Shown here: positions 8,964 to 18,460 of the stretch, piece after piece
How the letters are laid out: every line of letters begins with the position of its first letter
Position numbering within the stretch: position 1 is the stretch's first letter
IMG/VR virus record: IMGVR_UViG_3300031784_002630
Coordinates: 1-64,000 of that record
DNA length: 64,000 bases
From: an uncultured virus (IMG/VR IMGVR_UViG_3300031784_002630)
Taxonomy: Duplodnaviria; Heunggongvirae; Uroviricota; Caudoviricetes
Direction: 5' to 3' (one strand)
Notes under the pieces: generated by a model
Databases searched by the model: none
The model's input: the letters and a program-made list of their open reading frames with translations, nothing else
What the model was told of the DNA's origin: nothing
Position numbers and translations under genes: made by a program

Positions 8964-10247
8964 TTAACCCCAAATTCTCAATTTCACTTTCAAATCCTCA
9001 GGAAGTTTTAAGCTATCACATCCTTTGAAGTTCACCAATTTAAGATTTGGTAAATCTTTCAAACATTCAGGAATTGATTTAAGATTCTTGTTGTTTGGAA
9101 GTGACAAGTATCTTAATTTCTTACAGTCACATATTTCAGATGGTAATTCACTAATCAATCCATCAATGTGAAGTCCTTCAAGGTTTGTTAATCTACCGAT
9201 TGTTTTTGGTAATGGGAAACCTTGTGAACCTGAATTTCCACCTGAGAAATCCATTTTTGTAATAGTATCAGGCAATGATTCAAAGAACTCATCAAATCCA
9301 TATAACGCAATGAATTGTGCTGCTGGGCTTCTTGGGAATTCAACATCAACCGATGTTCCTCCTTTACCTGAACTCTTGGTCATATTTTCCATAAACTGAG
9401 GTTTGAAGTATTCTTTTACTTCTTTGTCAGTTTGATTTAAAAACTCAACTAAGTTGATTGAACGGTCATCCTTGTCCATGAATTGAGAACTTTGGAAATG
9501 GAATTGCCATCTATTTGTTGGTAATCCAGTATCTTTAGATGGTTCAGAGTTTTTGTCGTAAATCTGGTACAATGGACCGTCTTTGATATATCTTTCAAAA
9601 TAAGACAAACCTGGTGCTGATGTGCACCATCTTGTTTCTTTATTTTGACCACCGTAGAAACAAGCCGCTTCTTTACCCAATTCATCTGTTCTTGTAATTT
9701 TTGTAATTACATAGTTTGGTGTTTCAACTTCAAATGAACCACCAGGATGTGAATATTTAGCATCTTTTCTTTCTGCTTTAGTTGTTGTCGCTTTTTCTAA
9801 TGAAAAATCTTTAACCAAATCATAAAGTTCGTCTGAGGTCAATTTATTAATATCTCTTTTGTCAACAGGTAATTGATTCTTGAATCTTTCAAATTTAATT
9901 AAATCATCTTTAACCTTATATAAATCCTCAAAAAATAAATCAATTCTTCCTTGTGATTCTCCTGTAATATTTTTACCAACACCTTCAGGACGTAATCTTT
10001 TAATTTGATTAATCATCCATTGAACATATCCACCAGTCTTTTTAACTTGGTTAAAATTTTCAGGATTTTCCTCAACTCTTGATGTTGGGTCATTGGCAAT
10101 TAATATCAATAACTCATTAGGTGTCAAAACAGGTCTAATTTTTTTACCTGTTTTTTTATCAACTGTTGGCTCAGTAAACTTCTTCAAGAAGAGTTCTGAA
10201 CGAACATCTTCATTGATGATAGTTTTTAACATTTCTGTGAATTTCAT
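8964..10247 (-). CDS. PcfJ-like 'WCT' domain fused to C-terminal leucine-rich repeats
   Basis: AACFYGG..TRWCTS motif; LRRs LPKTIGRLTNLEGLHI / LPSEICDCKKLRYLSL / IPECLKDLPNLKLVNF. Confidence 0.75.
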   Translation of the reverse strand: MKFTEMLKTIINEDVRSELFLKKFTEPTVDKKTGKKIRPVLTPNELLILIANDPTSRVEENPENFNQVKKTGGYVQWMINQIKRLRPEGVGKNITGESQGRIDLFFEDLYKVKDDLIKFERFKNQLPVDKRDINKLTSDELYDLVKDFSLEKATTTKAERKDAKYSHPGGSFEVETPNYVITKITRTDELGKEAACFYGGQNKETRWCTSAPGLSYFERYIKDGPLYQIYDKNSEPSKDTGLPTNRWQFHFQSSQFMDKDDRSINLVEFLNQTDKEVKEYFKPQFMENMTKSSGKGGTSVDVEFPRSPAAQFIALYGFDEFFESLPDTITKMDFSGGNSGSQGFPLPKTIGRLTNLEGLHIDGLISELPSEICDCKKLRYLSLPNNKNLKSIPECLKDLPNLKLVNFKGCDSLKLPEDLKVKLRIWG

Positions 10248-10291
10248 AATTTAGAATATCTTTTAAAATAAATATCTTAATAAGTAGAAAA

Positions 10292-11134
10292 TTAATAGTT
10301 CATAATCAATAATTCTTGTCCCATATTTTGTGTTACACCTTTTTTTGCAGAAGCCGCCTTAGCAAACTCTTTCATTTTCCAAGTGTATTCTGATTCAGGA
10401 AACCATGTGTGTAACAATTCAAAGTCATAATATGACAACGAAAACTTACCTTTAACATCATGTAATACTTTTGCCAACCTTTCGTGGTCTTCACGGTCAA
10501 AGTCATGATTAGAATAATAGTTTTCAGTTTTCCAATACGGTGGGTCCAAATAAATGTAAGTAGATTCAGAGTCATACTTTTTAATAACATCAGCAAAGTC
10601 CATATTTTCAACTTTTGTTATTTTGTTGAAGTGTTCAACCCAATCAGGTTTACTTAACTTGTCCCTAAATGTCAAAAACTTTGATTTGTAATTACCTTTC
10701 AAGTCAATAAACCCAGATGATTCAGGTTTTGAACCGCTAAAGATTGATGTAAGAATGTATGCGTATTTTGCGGCAACTTCATAATCAGGATAATTTACTG
10801 TAAATCCAGATGCGTACAATTCTTTTTGGAATGTATCAAATTGTTCTTTGTAAATTAATGGCGTTACGCTTTCACCACGTTGTTGACATGGTATGTTGTT
10901 TACAGCTTTTAATAGTTCTGAAGGGTTCTGAATACATCTAAATAGATTGTAATTTAGAGGATTAAAGTCGTTATAAACAACTTCTTTTAAATTTGGAAAT
11001 TTTTTTAAATCCATATTAAAAAAACACCAAAACATTCCACCAAATGTTTCTACGTATGTTTCCATGTCTTTTGGATAAAATTCATTTATCCATTTTCCTA
11101 TTCTACTTTTACCACCAATATAACTTAATGCCAT
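10292..11134 (-). CDS. dam: DNA adenine methyltransferase (Dam/D12 class)
   Basis: YIGGK, YVETFGG, YND, YLDPPY and ELLIMNY motifs. Confidence 0.9.
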   Translation of the reverse strand: MALSYIGGKSRIGKWINEFYPKDMETYVETFGGMFWCFFNMDLKKFPNLKEVVYNDFNPLNYNLFRCIQNPSELLKAVNNIPCQQRGESVTPLIYKEQFDTFQKELYASGFTVNYPDYEVAAKYAYILTSIFSGSKPESSGFIDLKGNYKSKFLTFRDKLSKPDWVEHFNKITKVENMDFADVIKKYDSESTYIYLDPPYWKTENYYSNHDFDREDHERLAKVLHDVKGKFSLSYYDFELLHTWFPESEYTWKMKEFAKAASAKKGVTQNMGQELLIMNY

Positions 11135-11137
11135 AAC

Positions 11138-11821
11138 TTATTTTTTTCTATATTTTTGTTTATTTTTTATTGTTTCAATTACTTCGTCAAATATAAGTCT
11201 TTTTCTTTGAAGAAAAAAGTTTGAGTCAAAATAAAATCCGTAATATATATTTTCAATGTCTTTCATTCCTGACCATCCAATAAATTTATATTCTTTATTT
11301 TTTGGTCCGTATAATTTGTTAATGTTTGTACCAAACAATAAATTCATTCTTTCATTAATGTTGTTTAACATATCCAAAGACCCTCCAACAATTTTTAAAT
11401 CACCTCTTTGTGAACCATCTCTTTTGTCGGTATTAATTCTTATGCATCCATCACCATCAAAATAACCCCTTAAAAAATGTCTTTCAAATTTTTCATTAAT
11501 TTGAGGATATTTTACAGAAAATGTTTTATTTTGTAATACACCCAATTTTTCTAAATCATTAATTATTTTTTTTCCAGACATAAAAACTTCACAAGTTTCT
11601 CTTTTTTTGTTTTTCCAAACATTCATTTCACCGTCAATGGATTTAATAAATTTCTCTAAGATACCAACATCTTTACTATGTAATTTTAAAGTTAATTGAT
11701 ATCGGTGTTTTCTTGGGTCGTTGGTTACGCACCCATCCGCAAATATAAATCCCAAAAAGTAAGCTTTTTCTTCACTGTCTATTGTTTCAAAATAATTTTC
11801 ATTATATATTTTCTTTTTCAT
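11138..11821 (-). CDS. LAGLIDADG homing endonuclease
   Basis: Two motifs: YFLGFIFADG and FLRGYFDGDG. Confidence 0.88.
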   Translation of the reverse strand: MKKKIYNENYFETIDSEEKAYFLGFIFADGCVTNDPRKHRYQLTLKLHSKDVGILEKFIKSIDGEMNVWKNKKRETCEVFMSGKKIINDLEKLGVLQNKTFSVKYPQINEKFERHFLRGYFDGDGCIRINTDKRDGSQRGDLKIVGGSLDMLNNINERMNLLFGTNINKLYGPKNKEYKFIGWSGMKDIENIYYGFYFDSNFFLQRKRLIFDEVIETIKNKQKYRKK

Positions 11822-11966
11822 AATGTTTTTTAACTAAATTTTGAATAAACTTAGAAACACTAATTTCTTCGTTTTTCATCTTATCAAACAGATGTCGGTC
11901 AATACTAATTCCGTATTTTACTTTTTTATCTTTTTCGTCTTTATAAGGTTTTCTTTTTGTTGTCAT
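11802..11966 (-). CDS. Small ribbon-helix-helix-like DNA-binding protein (54 aa)
   Basis: Hand-read MTTKRKPYKDEKDKKVKYGISIDRHLFDKMKNEEISVSKFIQNLVKKHYEKENI; TATTTATA at 11973-11980. Confidence 0.6.
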   Translation of the reverse strand: MTTKRKPYKDEKDKKVKYGISIDRHLFDKMKNEEISVSKFIQNLVKKHYEKENI

Positions 11967-12045
11967 GTATAATATAAATATCAGAAAAGTGCGTTAAAAT
12001 GTAAATAATATTTACTGATATTTTTATTTTAATATACTTATGATT

Positions 12046-12183
12046 ATGTCAGAATGTAAGCAATGTAAAAAGAAACCGTTAACTCGTTATAATACTTTTG
12101 TAACGGTTATTTCAGTTTATCTACTAATAACATCTGTGTTAGGTACAATTGAACTATATAAGTTCATCTTATCACTTTTTTAA
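12046..12183 (+). CDS. Small CxxC membrane protein (45 aa)
   Basis: Hand-read MSECKQCKKKPLTRYNTFVTVISVYLLITSVLGTIELYKFILSLF. Confidence 0.55.
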   Translation: MSECKQCKKKPLTRYNTFVTVISVYLLITSVLGTIELYKFILSLF

Positions 12184-13179
12184 TATACTCAAGATTTTTT
12201 CTTTTTGTTCTTCAGTAATTTTACTCAATGAACGATTCACATGTATTTTGACTATCAAATCACCCCTTCCTTCATTGATATAATATCCTTTACCTTTAAT
12301 TCTCAATGGTTTTTCAGTTGTTAAAGTATCAACAGGTACCTTAATCATTAACTCACCTTCAGGGTGTGGTATTTTAAAACTATTTTCAGTTATAAAATCT
12401 TCTGGTGATACTCTTATGTTAGCATATAAGTCAGCGCCAATTTTCTCAAAATTTTCATCAGGGTTTAATCTGATTTGAATTACCAAATCACCAACCCCAA
12501 CACTATTTTGATAATCACCGGCATTTGGAACCCTCAAGAAATCACCATTGTCTAATGAACGTGGTATATTAATATCTATGGATGCAAATGTTGGTTTGTG
12601 ACCATTGCCATTGCACGTAAAACACGTTTCAATCAATACTGAACCCTGACCCTTACAAGATGGACAATCGTGGGTCTGAACGTGTATCTGACCACCAAAA
12701 TTAAACTGTTGTTGAACAACACCCCTTCCTTGACAAGTCATACATTGTTCACGTTTTCCACCATTACCACTACAAACGCTACATTGTTCTTTTTTGTGGT
12801 AATTAATCTTTTTGTTTGACCCCAACATTGATTCAGAGGGTGTTACATGTACGTTCAATACTTTGTCAGGAGCTCTTTGTCTTCTCCTTTGTTGAAATGG
12901 ATTAAATCCACCGTTAAACATTGAAAACAAGTCATCCATACCTCCACCACCTGAACCATTAAACATACCGCCAAATGGGTTGTTTTTTTTATTATCATAT
13001 TCTTGTCTTTTTGATTCAGTACCAATTGTGTCATACGCTTCAGCTATTTCCTTAAACCTATCAGCACCTTCAGGGTTTACATCTGGGTGGAATTGCTTAC
13101 TTAATTTCCTATAGGCTTTCTTTATTTCCTCTTGGGAAGCTTTTTCATTAACACCTAATATTGAGTAGAAATCTTTCAT
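12172..13179 (-). CDS. dnaJ: DnaJ chaperone (class I)
   Basis: J-domain with HPD, G/F-rich linker, four CxxCxGxG repeats and a C-terminal domain. Confidence 0.95.
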   Translation of the reverse strand: MKDFYSILGVNEKASQEEIKKAYRKLSKQFHPDVNPEGADRFKEIAEAYDTIGTESKRQEYDNKKNNPFGGMFNGSGGGGMDDLFSMFNGGFNPFQQRRRQRAPDKVLNVHVTPSESMLGSNKKINYHKKEQCSVCSGNGGKREQCMTCQGRGVVQQQFNFGGQIHVQTHDCPSCKGQGSVLIETCFTCNGNGHKPTFASIDINIPRSLDNGDFLRVPNAGDYQNSVGVGDLVIQIRLNPDENFEKIGADLYANIRVSPEDFITENSFKIPHPEGELMIKVPVDTLTTEKPLRIKGKGYYINEGRGDLIVKIHVNRSLSKITEEQKEKILSILKK

Positions 13180-13819
13180 GAATTACATTGTTGTATTGTT
13201 TAAGAATAAGAAAAGAAAAAAAATCATCAAATCTTTTGTTAGAAAAAATGTTGCGGAATTGTATTTTAAGAAAATTTGTGAGCAATCTGACCAAGTAAAG
13301 TTTAATGTTGAGGTTGAAAACTCATTGGATGTAACGTATGAAGTTGGTTTATTATCTAAAACTATTGATACCCAATTTCAATTATTCTCTCAAGATGATA
13401 TTGGTAGAAATGTTAGGGTAAACCTTGATGATTCTGATTTACAGATAATTAAAATTCACAAATATAGAATACCTGAAAAATTACAGGATTGGTCAACAAA
13501 TAAAAGAATTACATATGATGAATTCTTTAAAAAACATTTTACCAACAAAGATTTAAAGAATGTTTTTACCGTTAATAATAAAATTGTCATTCAAAAAGAC
13601 GATGATACATCAATATATTCATTGAAAAATGTTGATGAGTCACAAAGGTTATTAATGTTATTACAGGATGAATTTATTAGGTTAAAAAGGGCAGACGCAA
13701 TATTTGTTAAAGACATGGATACTATACAAAGAAAGTATCTGTATGAACATTTGGAAAAATTGGGTATAGATAAAAAAAGATTGTATAGACAATCTACTAC
13801 TTTTTCAGAACGAAAGTAA
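13178..13819 (+). CDS. Hypothetical protein
   Basis: 213-aa ORF divergent from dnaJ. Confidence 0.65.
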   Translation: MNYIVVLFKNKKRKKIIKSFVRKNVAELYFKKICEQSDQVKFNVEVENSLDVTYEVGLLSKTIDTQFQLFSQDDIGRNVRVNLDDSDLQIIKIHKYRIPEKLQDWSTNKRITYDEFFKKHFTNKDLKNVFTVNNKIVIQKDDDTSIYSLKNVDESQRLLMLLQDEFIRLKRADAIFVKDMDTIQRKYLYEHLEKLGIDKKRLYRQSTTFSERK

Positions 13820-14021
13820 AATCAACGTCTGAAATCGAAATAACAATTTCATTATTTCCTTTGTCAATTTCCCTAAAATTAGTTTGTAATTTTCTAAATT
13901 TTTCTTCAGGTAATTCCACTATAATCTTGCTGTGTCCTGAAATAAATGTATTTTCAATTGATTCTGTTAGTTCAGCCAACTGTGTTAACCAATCCCTAGA
14001 GTTTTCTTTATTCTCTTCCAT
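13797..14021 (-). CDS. Hypothetical protein
   Basis: 74-aa ORF in a tightly packed operon. Confidence 0.6.
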   Translation of the reverse strand: MEENKENSRDWLTQLAELTESIENTFISGHSKIIVELPEEKFRKLQTNFREIDKGNNEIVISISDVDFTFVLKK

Positions 14022-14212
14022 AACGAAATGTCTGTTGGTTCAATATCAATTGTATTTTTAATATCTTCTTTATTAATAGTTTTTAAGCTTTTAACAAAAT
14101 TTTCTTTTTGTAATTGGATTTCATTTTGGTCCTGAAGTTTTGACTTGTCATACCAATCCAATAATTTATCAAGATATGGATTCTTGTTCTGATTCGAGTT
14201 TTGGGATGTCAT
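13985..14212 (-). CDS. Hypothetical protein
   Basis: 75-aa ORF overlapping both neighbours. Confidence 0.55.
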   Translation of the reverse strand: MTSQNSNQNKNPYLDKLLDWYDKSKLQDQNEIQLQKENFVKSLKTINKEDIKNTIDIEPTDISLWKRIKKTLGIG

Positions 14213-14570
14213 CTACGTCAAATTTTAAATTTTTCAAATCTTCCAATCCACCTTTTTCAAATAAAGTTTTTAATTCATTAACCTTTTCTTTGAAAAGTCT
14301 TTCTTTTTCCTCTTTCTCCTTATTGTAATTAATAACTGTTTCAATATTATTGATTGTTTCAGATATTGATTCTTCGTTTATTTCAGAAACAAACGAAATG
14401 TTTTTACTTTTATCGTCAGATTTATTGAATACTGTTTTGGTTTCATCAACCTGACTTTTTAATACCGCCCAACTCGCAGGAAATACCATATCAAAACTTA
14501 AATAAGTTTTAAGTTTTCTTATCGATGCACAATAATCAACAATGTTTTCAATTTCTTTGTATAAACTCAT
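14169..14570 (-). CDS. Hypothetical protein
   Basis: 133-aa ORF, ATGA-coupled to the upstream gene. Confidence 0.65.
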   Translation of the reverse strand: MSLYKEIENIVDYCASIRKLKTYLSFDMVFPASWAVLKSQVDETKTVFNKSDDKSKNISFVSEINEESISETINNIETVINYNKEKEEKERLFKEKVNELKTLFEKGGLEDLKNLKFDVDDIPKLESEQESIS

Positions 14571-14758
14571 AGTCCAAAAACAATATAAGTAATTAAATAC
14601 GACAATGTCAAACCATAGTATGTAAGTTCCCCCAAACTCATCTCCATTTTAGTGAATGAGATGAGAGAACTTACAAATCTAATAGATAATCTGAGTAAAC
14701 TCAGAATTGAGAATACAAATACAAATGTTGCAATATAATATAAAATATTATTCACCAT
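14567..14758 (-). CDS. Small two-TM membrane protein
   Basis: Two hydrophobic segments in 63 aa. Confidence 0.6.
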   Translation of the reverse strand: MVNNILYYIATFVFVFSILSLLRLSIRFVSSLISFTKMEMSLGELTYYGLTLSYLITYIVFGL

Positions 14759-14924
14759 CTTTCTTTGAATCCAAAATTTCAGCTCTTAGTGCTTGTGCTA
14801 ATGCTTTCAACTCTTGACAAGTTTTTCTTGCTCTTGTTCCCGCTGATTTGTTTCCTGCGTAAAATTTGTTAGTATCAACTGACAATGTTTCAACAAGAAC
14901 TTTGATTTTTTCTAATGTTTCCAT
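14748..14924 (-). CDS. Histone H1-like protein Hc1 (58 aa, Bacteroidota type)
   Basis: Hand-read METLEKIKVLVETLSVDTNKFYAGNKSAGTRARKTCQELKALAQALRAEILDSKKDGE; GNKSAGTRARK signature. Confidence 0.85.
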   Translation of the reverse strand: METLEKIKVLVETLSVDTNKFYAGNKSAGTRARKTCQELKALAQALRAEILDSKKDGE

Positions 14925-15006
14925 CTTTATAATTGTTTTTTAATTTATTTTTTATTTTAGATAATTTTAATTTTATTATGCTGGTAGTAAAGAGAATAAA
15001 GAAAAA

Positions 15007-15492
15007 TTAAACTTCTAAACTTTTTTCTAATAGTTTGTACAACTCAGTAAACATCTCAATATCAGATTTTGAATGTTGATTTTTTCTCGAGAATATTGAT
15101 GTAAAAAAATCATTTAAAGAATTTTTGACAACTTCTTGGTCTTGGTTATAAAATACATCCATAAAAAAACTTTTGAAGTATTCATAACTCTCGTCAGTTT
15201 TAACAAAGAATATGTTTTCTTTTGAAAAGTTTTCAACTGTTTTATTCCAACACCAAATGAAATGTGATTCTTTATCTTCTAAAGTTAATCCAATATTGGT
15301 TTCTTTATTGTCATTGGATGTATCACCTAAATAAGTGTCTTGAACCAAGTTAAGTAATGAGAAACAAAAATCTCTGAATAAATCACTTAATTCAGGAATA
15401 ATATTGTTTGCTTTATACCAAGCATCAATTTCTTCGTAGTTCATCGGTTTAGCTAGCCAATTAAAAAATTGGTCCATATTATACTTCTTCAT
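15007..15492 (-). CDS. Hypothetical protein
   Basis: 161-aa ORF. Confidence 0.65.
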   Translation of the reverse strand: MKKYNMDQFFNWLAKPMNYEEIDAWYKANNIIPELSDLFRDFCFSLLNLVQDTYLGDTSNDNKETNIGLTLEDKESHFIWCWNKTVENFSKENIFFVKTDESYEYFKSFFMDVFYNQDQEVVKNSLNDFFTSIFSRKNQHSKSDIEMFTELYKLLEKSLEV

Positions 15493-15539
15493 TATAAAGA
15501 AATATACCTATGGACCAAATAAAGAAAAGATTAAATTTT

Positions 15540-17336
15540 TTATTGAGTTTTTCTGTTGTAATCAATAAGATTTTTCATTTTTTCCATATCACTGATTACT
15601 TTTTTGTTTTCAACTGACTCTTCAAGCTTGTTAAAAATTTGTTGTGTTGCTTTCAACGATTTCAAATTACCGTTTGATTTTTCACTACCAGCAATGTCAA
15701 CAGGTGCTGGTTGTCTCTTATAAGATGCGTTCATTTGTTCTGCACCATATAAATTTTCTTTATAATTCTTGTAGAATTTTTCACCTACTTCACTTGGTAC
15801 TACATTACCTAAAGCGTTACCGTCTTCATCAACTTGTGCGTTACCAGTAGTTGAGTGACCTTTTAAGTACTTTTCAATTTTAGTATCATCAGGTTTGATT
15901 TCATCAAATACTAAATTTGTTTGACCAGGATACGCGAAAGCATCTATATATTCATCTACAGCGTTCGATGCGTCATAAGCATTTTTCTTGTCATCAGAAA
16001 CTTCTTTACCAAAATCTTCTCTTGACATAATTTTATTACCTTTAGGAAATGACTGTGGGTTTTCTTCATATTCAGTACCCATGTTTTTCATGTAATCCTT
16101 CATTTTAGCCGCTACTTGTTTCATAGCATCTGTATTTTCTTTCTTAGTTGTATTCATTGCGGTTTTAAACCCTTTGTCTACAACTTTTTCAGCTTCAACT
16201 AATCTTTCAATAAAGTTAATTAATTCAGATTCTGTAAAAACAACTTTTTCTTTAGTATTTTTATTTTTACTTTCTTTTACTTGATATGTTTTTCCGTCAA
16301 CTTCAAAAGAACTTTTACCATCTTTTTTAGCATTTGCTAAAGCTCCTGAAAATGCGTTACCTTCCCCCACTTCGTTTTCACCCATTTCATTTTTTCTTGT
16401 TTTTACCTTAAATGGTTTACCTGTCATTTCTCTATATTTGTTAAACATTGTTTCACCATTTCTTTTATTAAACCAAGATTGTTTATCGCCATATTTGTCA
16501 TATAATTGCTGAAAAGTATCAAATTCTTCAGTATCAAAATCATCACCACCTATACCATAGATATCTCCACTTCTAACCGGTCTGTCTTTTTCGTCACGGT
16601 ATTCATCACCTTTAAAATCTTTTCTTTTAGGGTCACCAAATGAACCATACATAGCTTCACCAATTTCATTTTTTCTTGTTTTTACCTTAAATGGTTTACC
16701 TGTCATTTCTCTATATTTGTTAAACATTGTTTCACCATCTCTTTTATTAAACCAAGATTGTTTATCACCATATTTGTCATATAATTGTTTAAAAGTATCA
16801 AATTCTTCAGTATCAAAATCATCACCACCTATACCATAGATATCTCCACTTCTAACTGGTCTGTCTTTTTCGTCACGGTATTCATCACCTTTAAAATCTT
16901 TTCTTTTAGGGTCACCAAATGAACCATACATACCTTCTTCAATTTCCATATCTTCTGAGTCTCTGTTGTCAAATCTACCCTGACCAGGTCCAACATAGTG
17001 CCAACCCCTAATATCGTCATAGTCATATCCTAAATTTCCTAAATATGGGTTTTCTTTTCTGTCTTTTTCACGAGCAACTTCAGGGTCTTCTTTTTTACCA
17101 AACATTTTCTTGAATATGTTTTCTTCACCCATTTCACCTGAAACAATCTCACCGTATTCAAACCCAGCTGGTGTTCTATCTTTATCTGACATCTTATCTC
17201 TTAATTTCTTAAATATATCTTTTTTAGATATAACTGTTTCAGCAGCAGAATCGTCATCCATATCAGTAATATCAATGAAAGTATCTTCATCTTCCTTGAT
17301 AATCTTCTTAAGTAAATTTAAAATTTTGTTTTCCAT
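15540..17336 (-). CDS. Large charged protein with internal duplication, probable prohead core/internal head protein
   Basis: N-terminal LLKKIIKE, several (I/M/V)xE sites, GNAFSGAL..AK.DG...FEVDGK.Y motif, TATTTATA at 17352-17359. Confidence 0.6.
   Translation of the reverse strand: MENKILNLLKKIIKEDEDTFIDITDMDDDSAAETVISKKDIFKKLRDKMSDKDRTPAGFEYGEIVSGEMGEENIFKKMFGKKEDPEVAREKDRKENPYLGNLGYDYDDIRGWHYVGPGQGRFDNRDSEDMEIEEGMYGSFGDPKRKDFKGDEYRDEKDRPVRSGDIYGIGGDDFDTEEFDTFKQLYDKYGDKQSWFNKRDGETMFNKYREMTGKPFKVKTRKNEIGEAMYGSFGDPKRKDFKGDEYRDEKDRPVRSGDIYGIGGDDFDTEEFDTFQQLYDKYGDKQSWFNKRNGETMFNKYREMTGKPFKVKTRKNEMGENEVGEGNAFSGALANAKKDGKSSFEVDGKTYQVKESKNKNTKEKVVFTESELINFIERLVEAEKVVDKGFKTAMNTTKKENTDAMKQVAAKMKDYMKNMGTEYEENPQSFPKGNKIMSREDFGKEVSDDKKNAYDASNAVDEYIDAFAYPGQTNLVFDEIKPDDTKIEKYLKGHSTTGNAQVDEDGNALGNVVPSEVGEKFYKNYKENLYGAEQMNASYKRQPAPVDIAGSEKSNGNLKSLKATQQIFNKLEESVENKKVISDMEKMKNLIDYNRKTQ
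16384..16932. repeat. Near-identical 270-nt direct repeat (period 279 nt, 93 codons)
   Basis: Copies at 16384-16653 and 16663-16932 differ at only a few positions. Confidence 0.9.
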
Positions 17337-17361
17337 GTTAATTTATTTCTATATAAATAGT

Positions 17362-18042
17362 TTAATCCTTGAAAATAGTTTCTTCAATCTCGTGTAAAAG
17401 TATTGCTCTTACAATATTTTCATGAATATTTTTATTTTTTGCAACGTTTTTAATTGCTTCCGTTAAATTATTGTCTTCCCACATTTTCAAAGCTTTAATA
17501 TCACCCTGATTACAATATGGGAAATTCTTACATTTCTTTTTAACCCTAACAAATTTTCCACCTTTGTATAATGGTTTTGCACCACCTCTCCAATTCTTAC
17601 TGTTTTTAGCTAAAAAAGAAGCACCAACATATGAACCTGATGACGCCGAACCAGTTGCTTCTTTGAATTCACCTTTTTCAATTTCGGTGTCTTCTTCTTT
17701 CATATGTTTCTTTTTACCTTGACAATGAGCTTTTTGACTGAATCCTTTTGGGTTATTACAATTAATACTTTTTTTATACTTTTCAGACCATTTTTCGTCT
17801 AATTCTTTTTCTTCTTCAACAGGTCCACCTTTTGCTTGAATTTTCTTTGGTGCCTCATCAGCCCACATAGACATTTTAGGTCCCGATAATGGTCCTTCAT
17901 AACCCCCACCACCAGTACTTGTAGTCTCTTTAGTCTCAATTTTACTATACAAGTCCCTAACTTGTTTTTTAGCTTCAGGTGATGTTAATTGTGCACCTAC
18001 CTTTTGTAAACTATCTTGAAATTGTTTTGTTACAATATTCAT
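17362..18042 (-). CDS. Probable internal head protein with KWSEKYKKSINCNNPKGFSQKAHC motif
   Basis: Likely start MNIVTK (18042); two Cys-pair modules and ET/EA-Gly-rich motifs. Confidence 0.55.
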   Translation of the reverse strand: MNIVTKQFQDSLQKVGAQLTSPEAKKQVRDLYSKIETKETTSTGGGGYEGPLSGPKMSMWADEAPKKIQAKGGPVEEEKELDEKWSEKYKKSINCNNPKGFSQKAHCQGKKKHMKEEDTEIEKGEFKEATGSASSGSYVGASFLAKNSKNWRGGAKPLYKGGKFVRVKKKCKNFPYCNQGDIKALKMWEDNNLTEAIKNVAKNKNIHENIVRAILLHEIEETIFKD

Positions 18043-18049
18043 ATTAAAC

Positions 18050-18460
18050 TTATTTAATGACTGCAAAAATAACACCTATTGTACCAATAGCAATTCCACC
18101 CCACTTAAGGTTTCTTTGTTTAATGTACGCTCGTTTGTATTCTTCAGCAATTGATTCTTTTAATTTAACAGTTTCAATATATTTTTTTTCACTGTCAATA
18201 TAAAGGTTTATTGTTTCGTTGTTGTTACTAATGATTGAATCTTTCAATACTAATTGTTGACTCATAATTGAAACTGAATCTCTAACAATTTTTATTTCTT
18301 CATAACAATTATTTCTTTGTTGTAGTACCAATAAAGCATTTCTCAATGTTGATACAGGAACTATACAACTATCTTTACTTAAGTTCGGCGAACTCTTTTG
18401 CGAATAAATCGGCGACATCATTGTCAGAAAGACTGTTAAGATGAGCAATATCTTTTTCAT
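18050..18460 (-). CDS. Signal-peptide, coiled-coil, C-terminal TM protein (spanin-like?)
   Basis: MKKILLILTVFLTMMSPIYS|Q signal; C-terminal GGIAIGTIGVIFAVI; overlaps the upstream gene. Confidence 0.55.
   Translation of the reverse strand: MKKILLILTVFLTMMSPIYSQKSSPNLSKDSCIVPVSTLRNALLVLQQRNNCYEEIKIVRDSVSIMSQQLVLKDSIISNNNETINLYIDSEKKYIETVKLKESIAEEYKRAYIKQRNLKWGGIAIGTIGVIFAVIK

Noticed and set aside
11138..11821. Group I intron or intein hosting the LAGLIDADG
   Set aside because: The flanking genes appear intact, and no splice-junction residues or intron core were seen.
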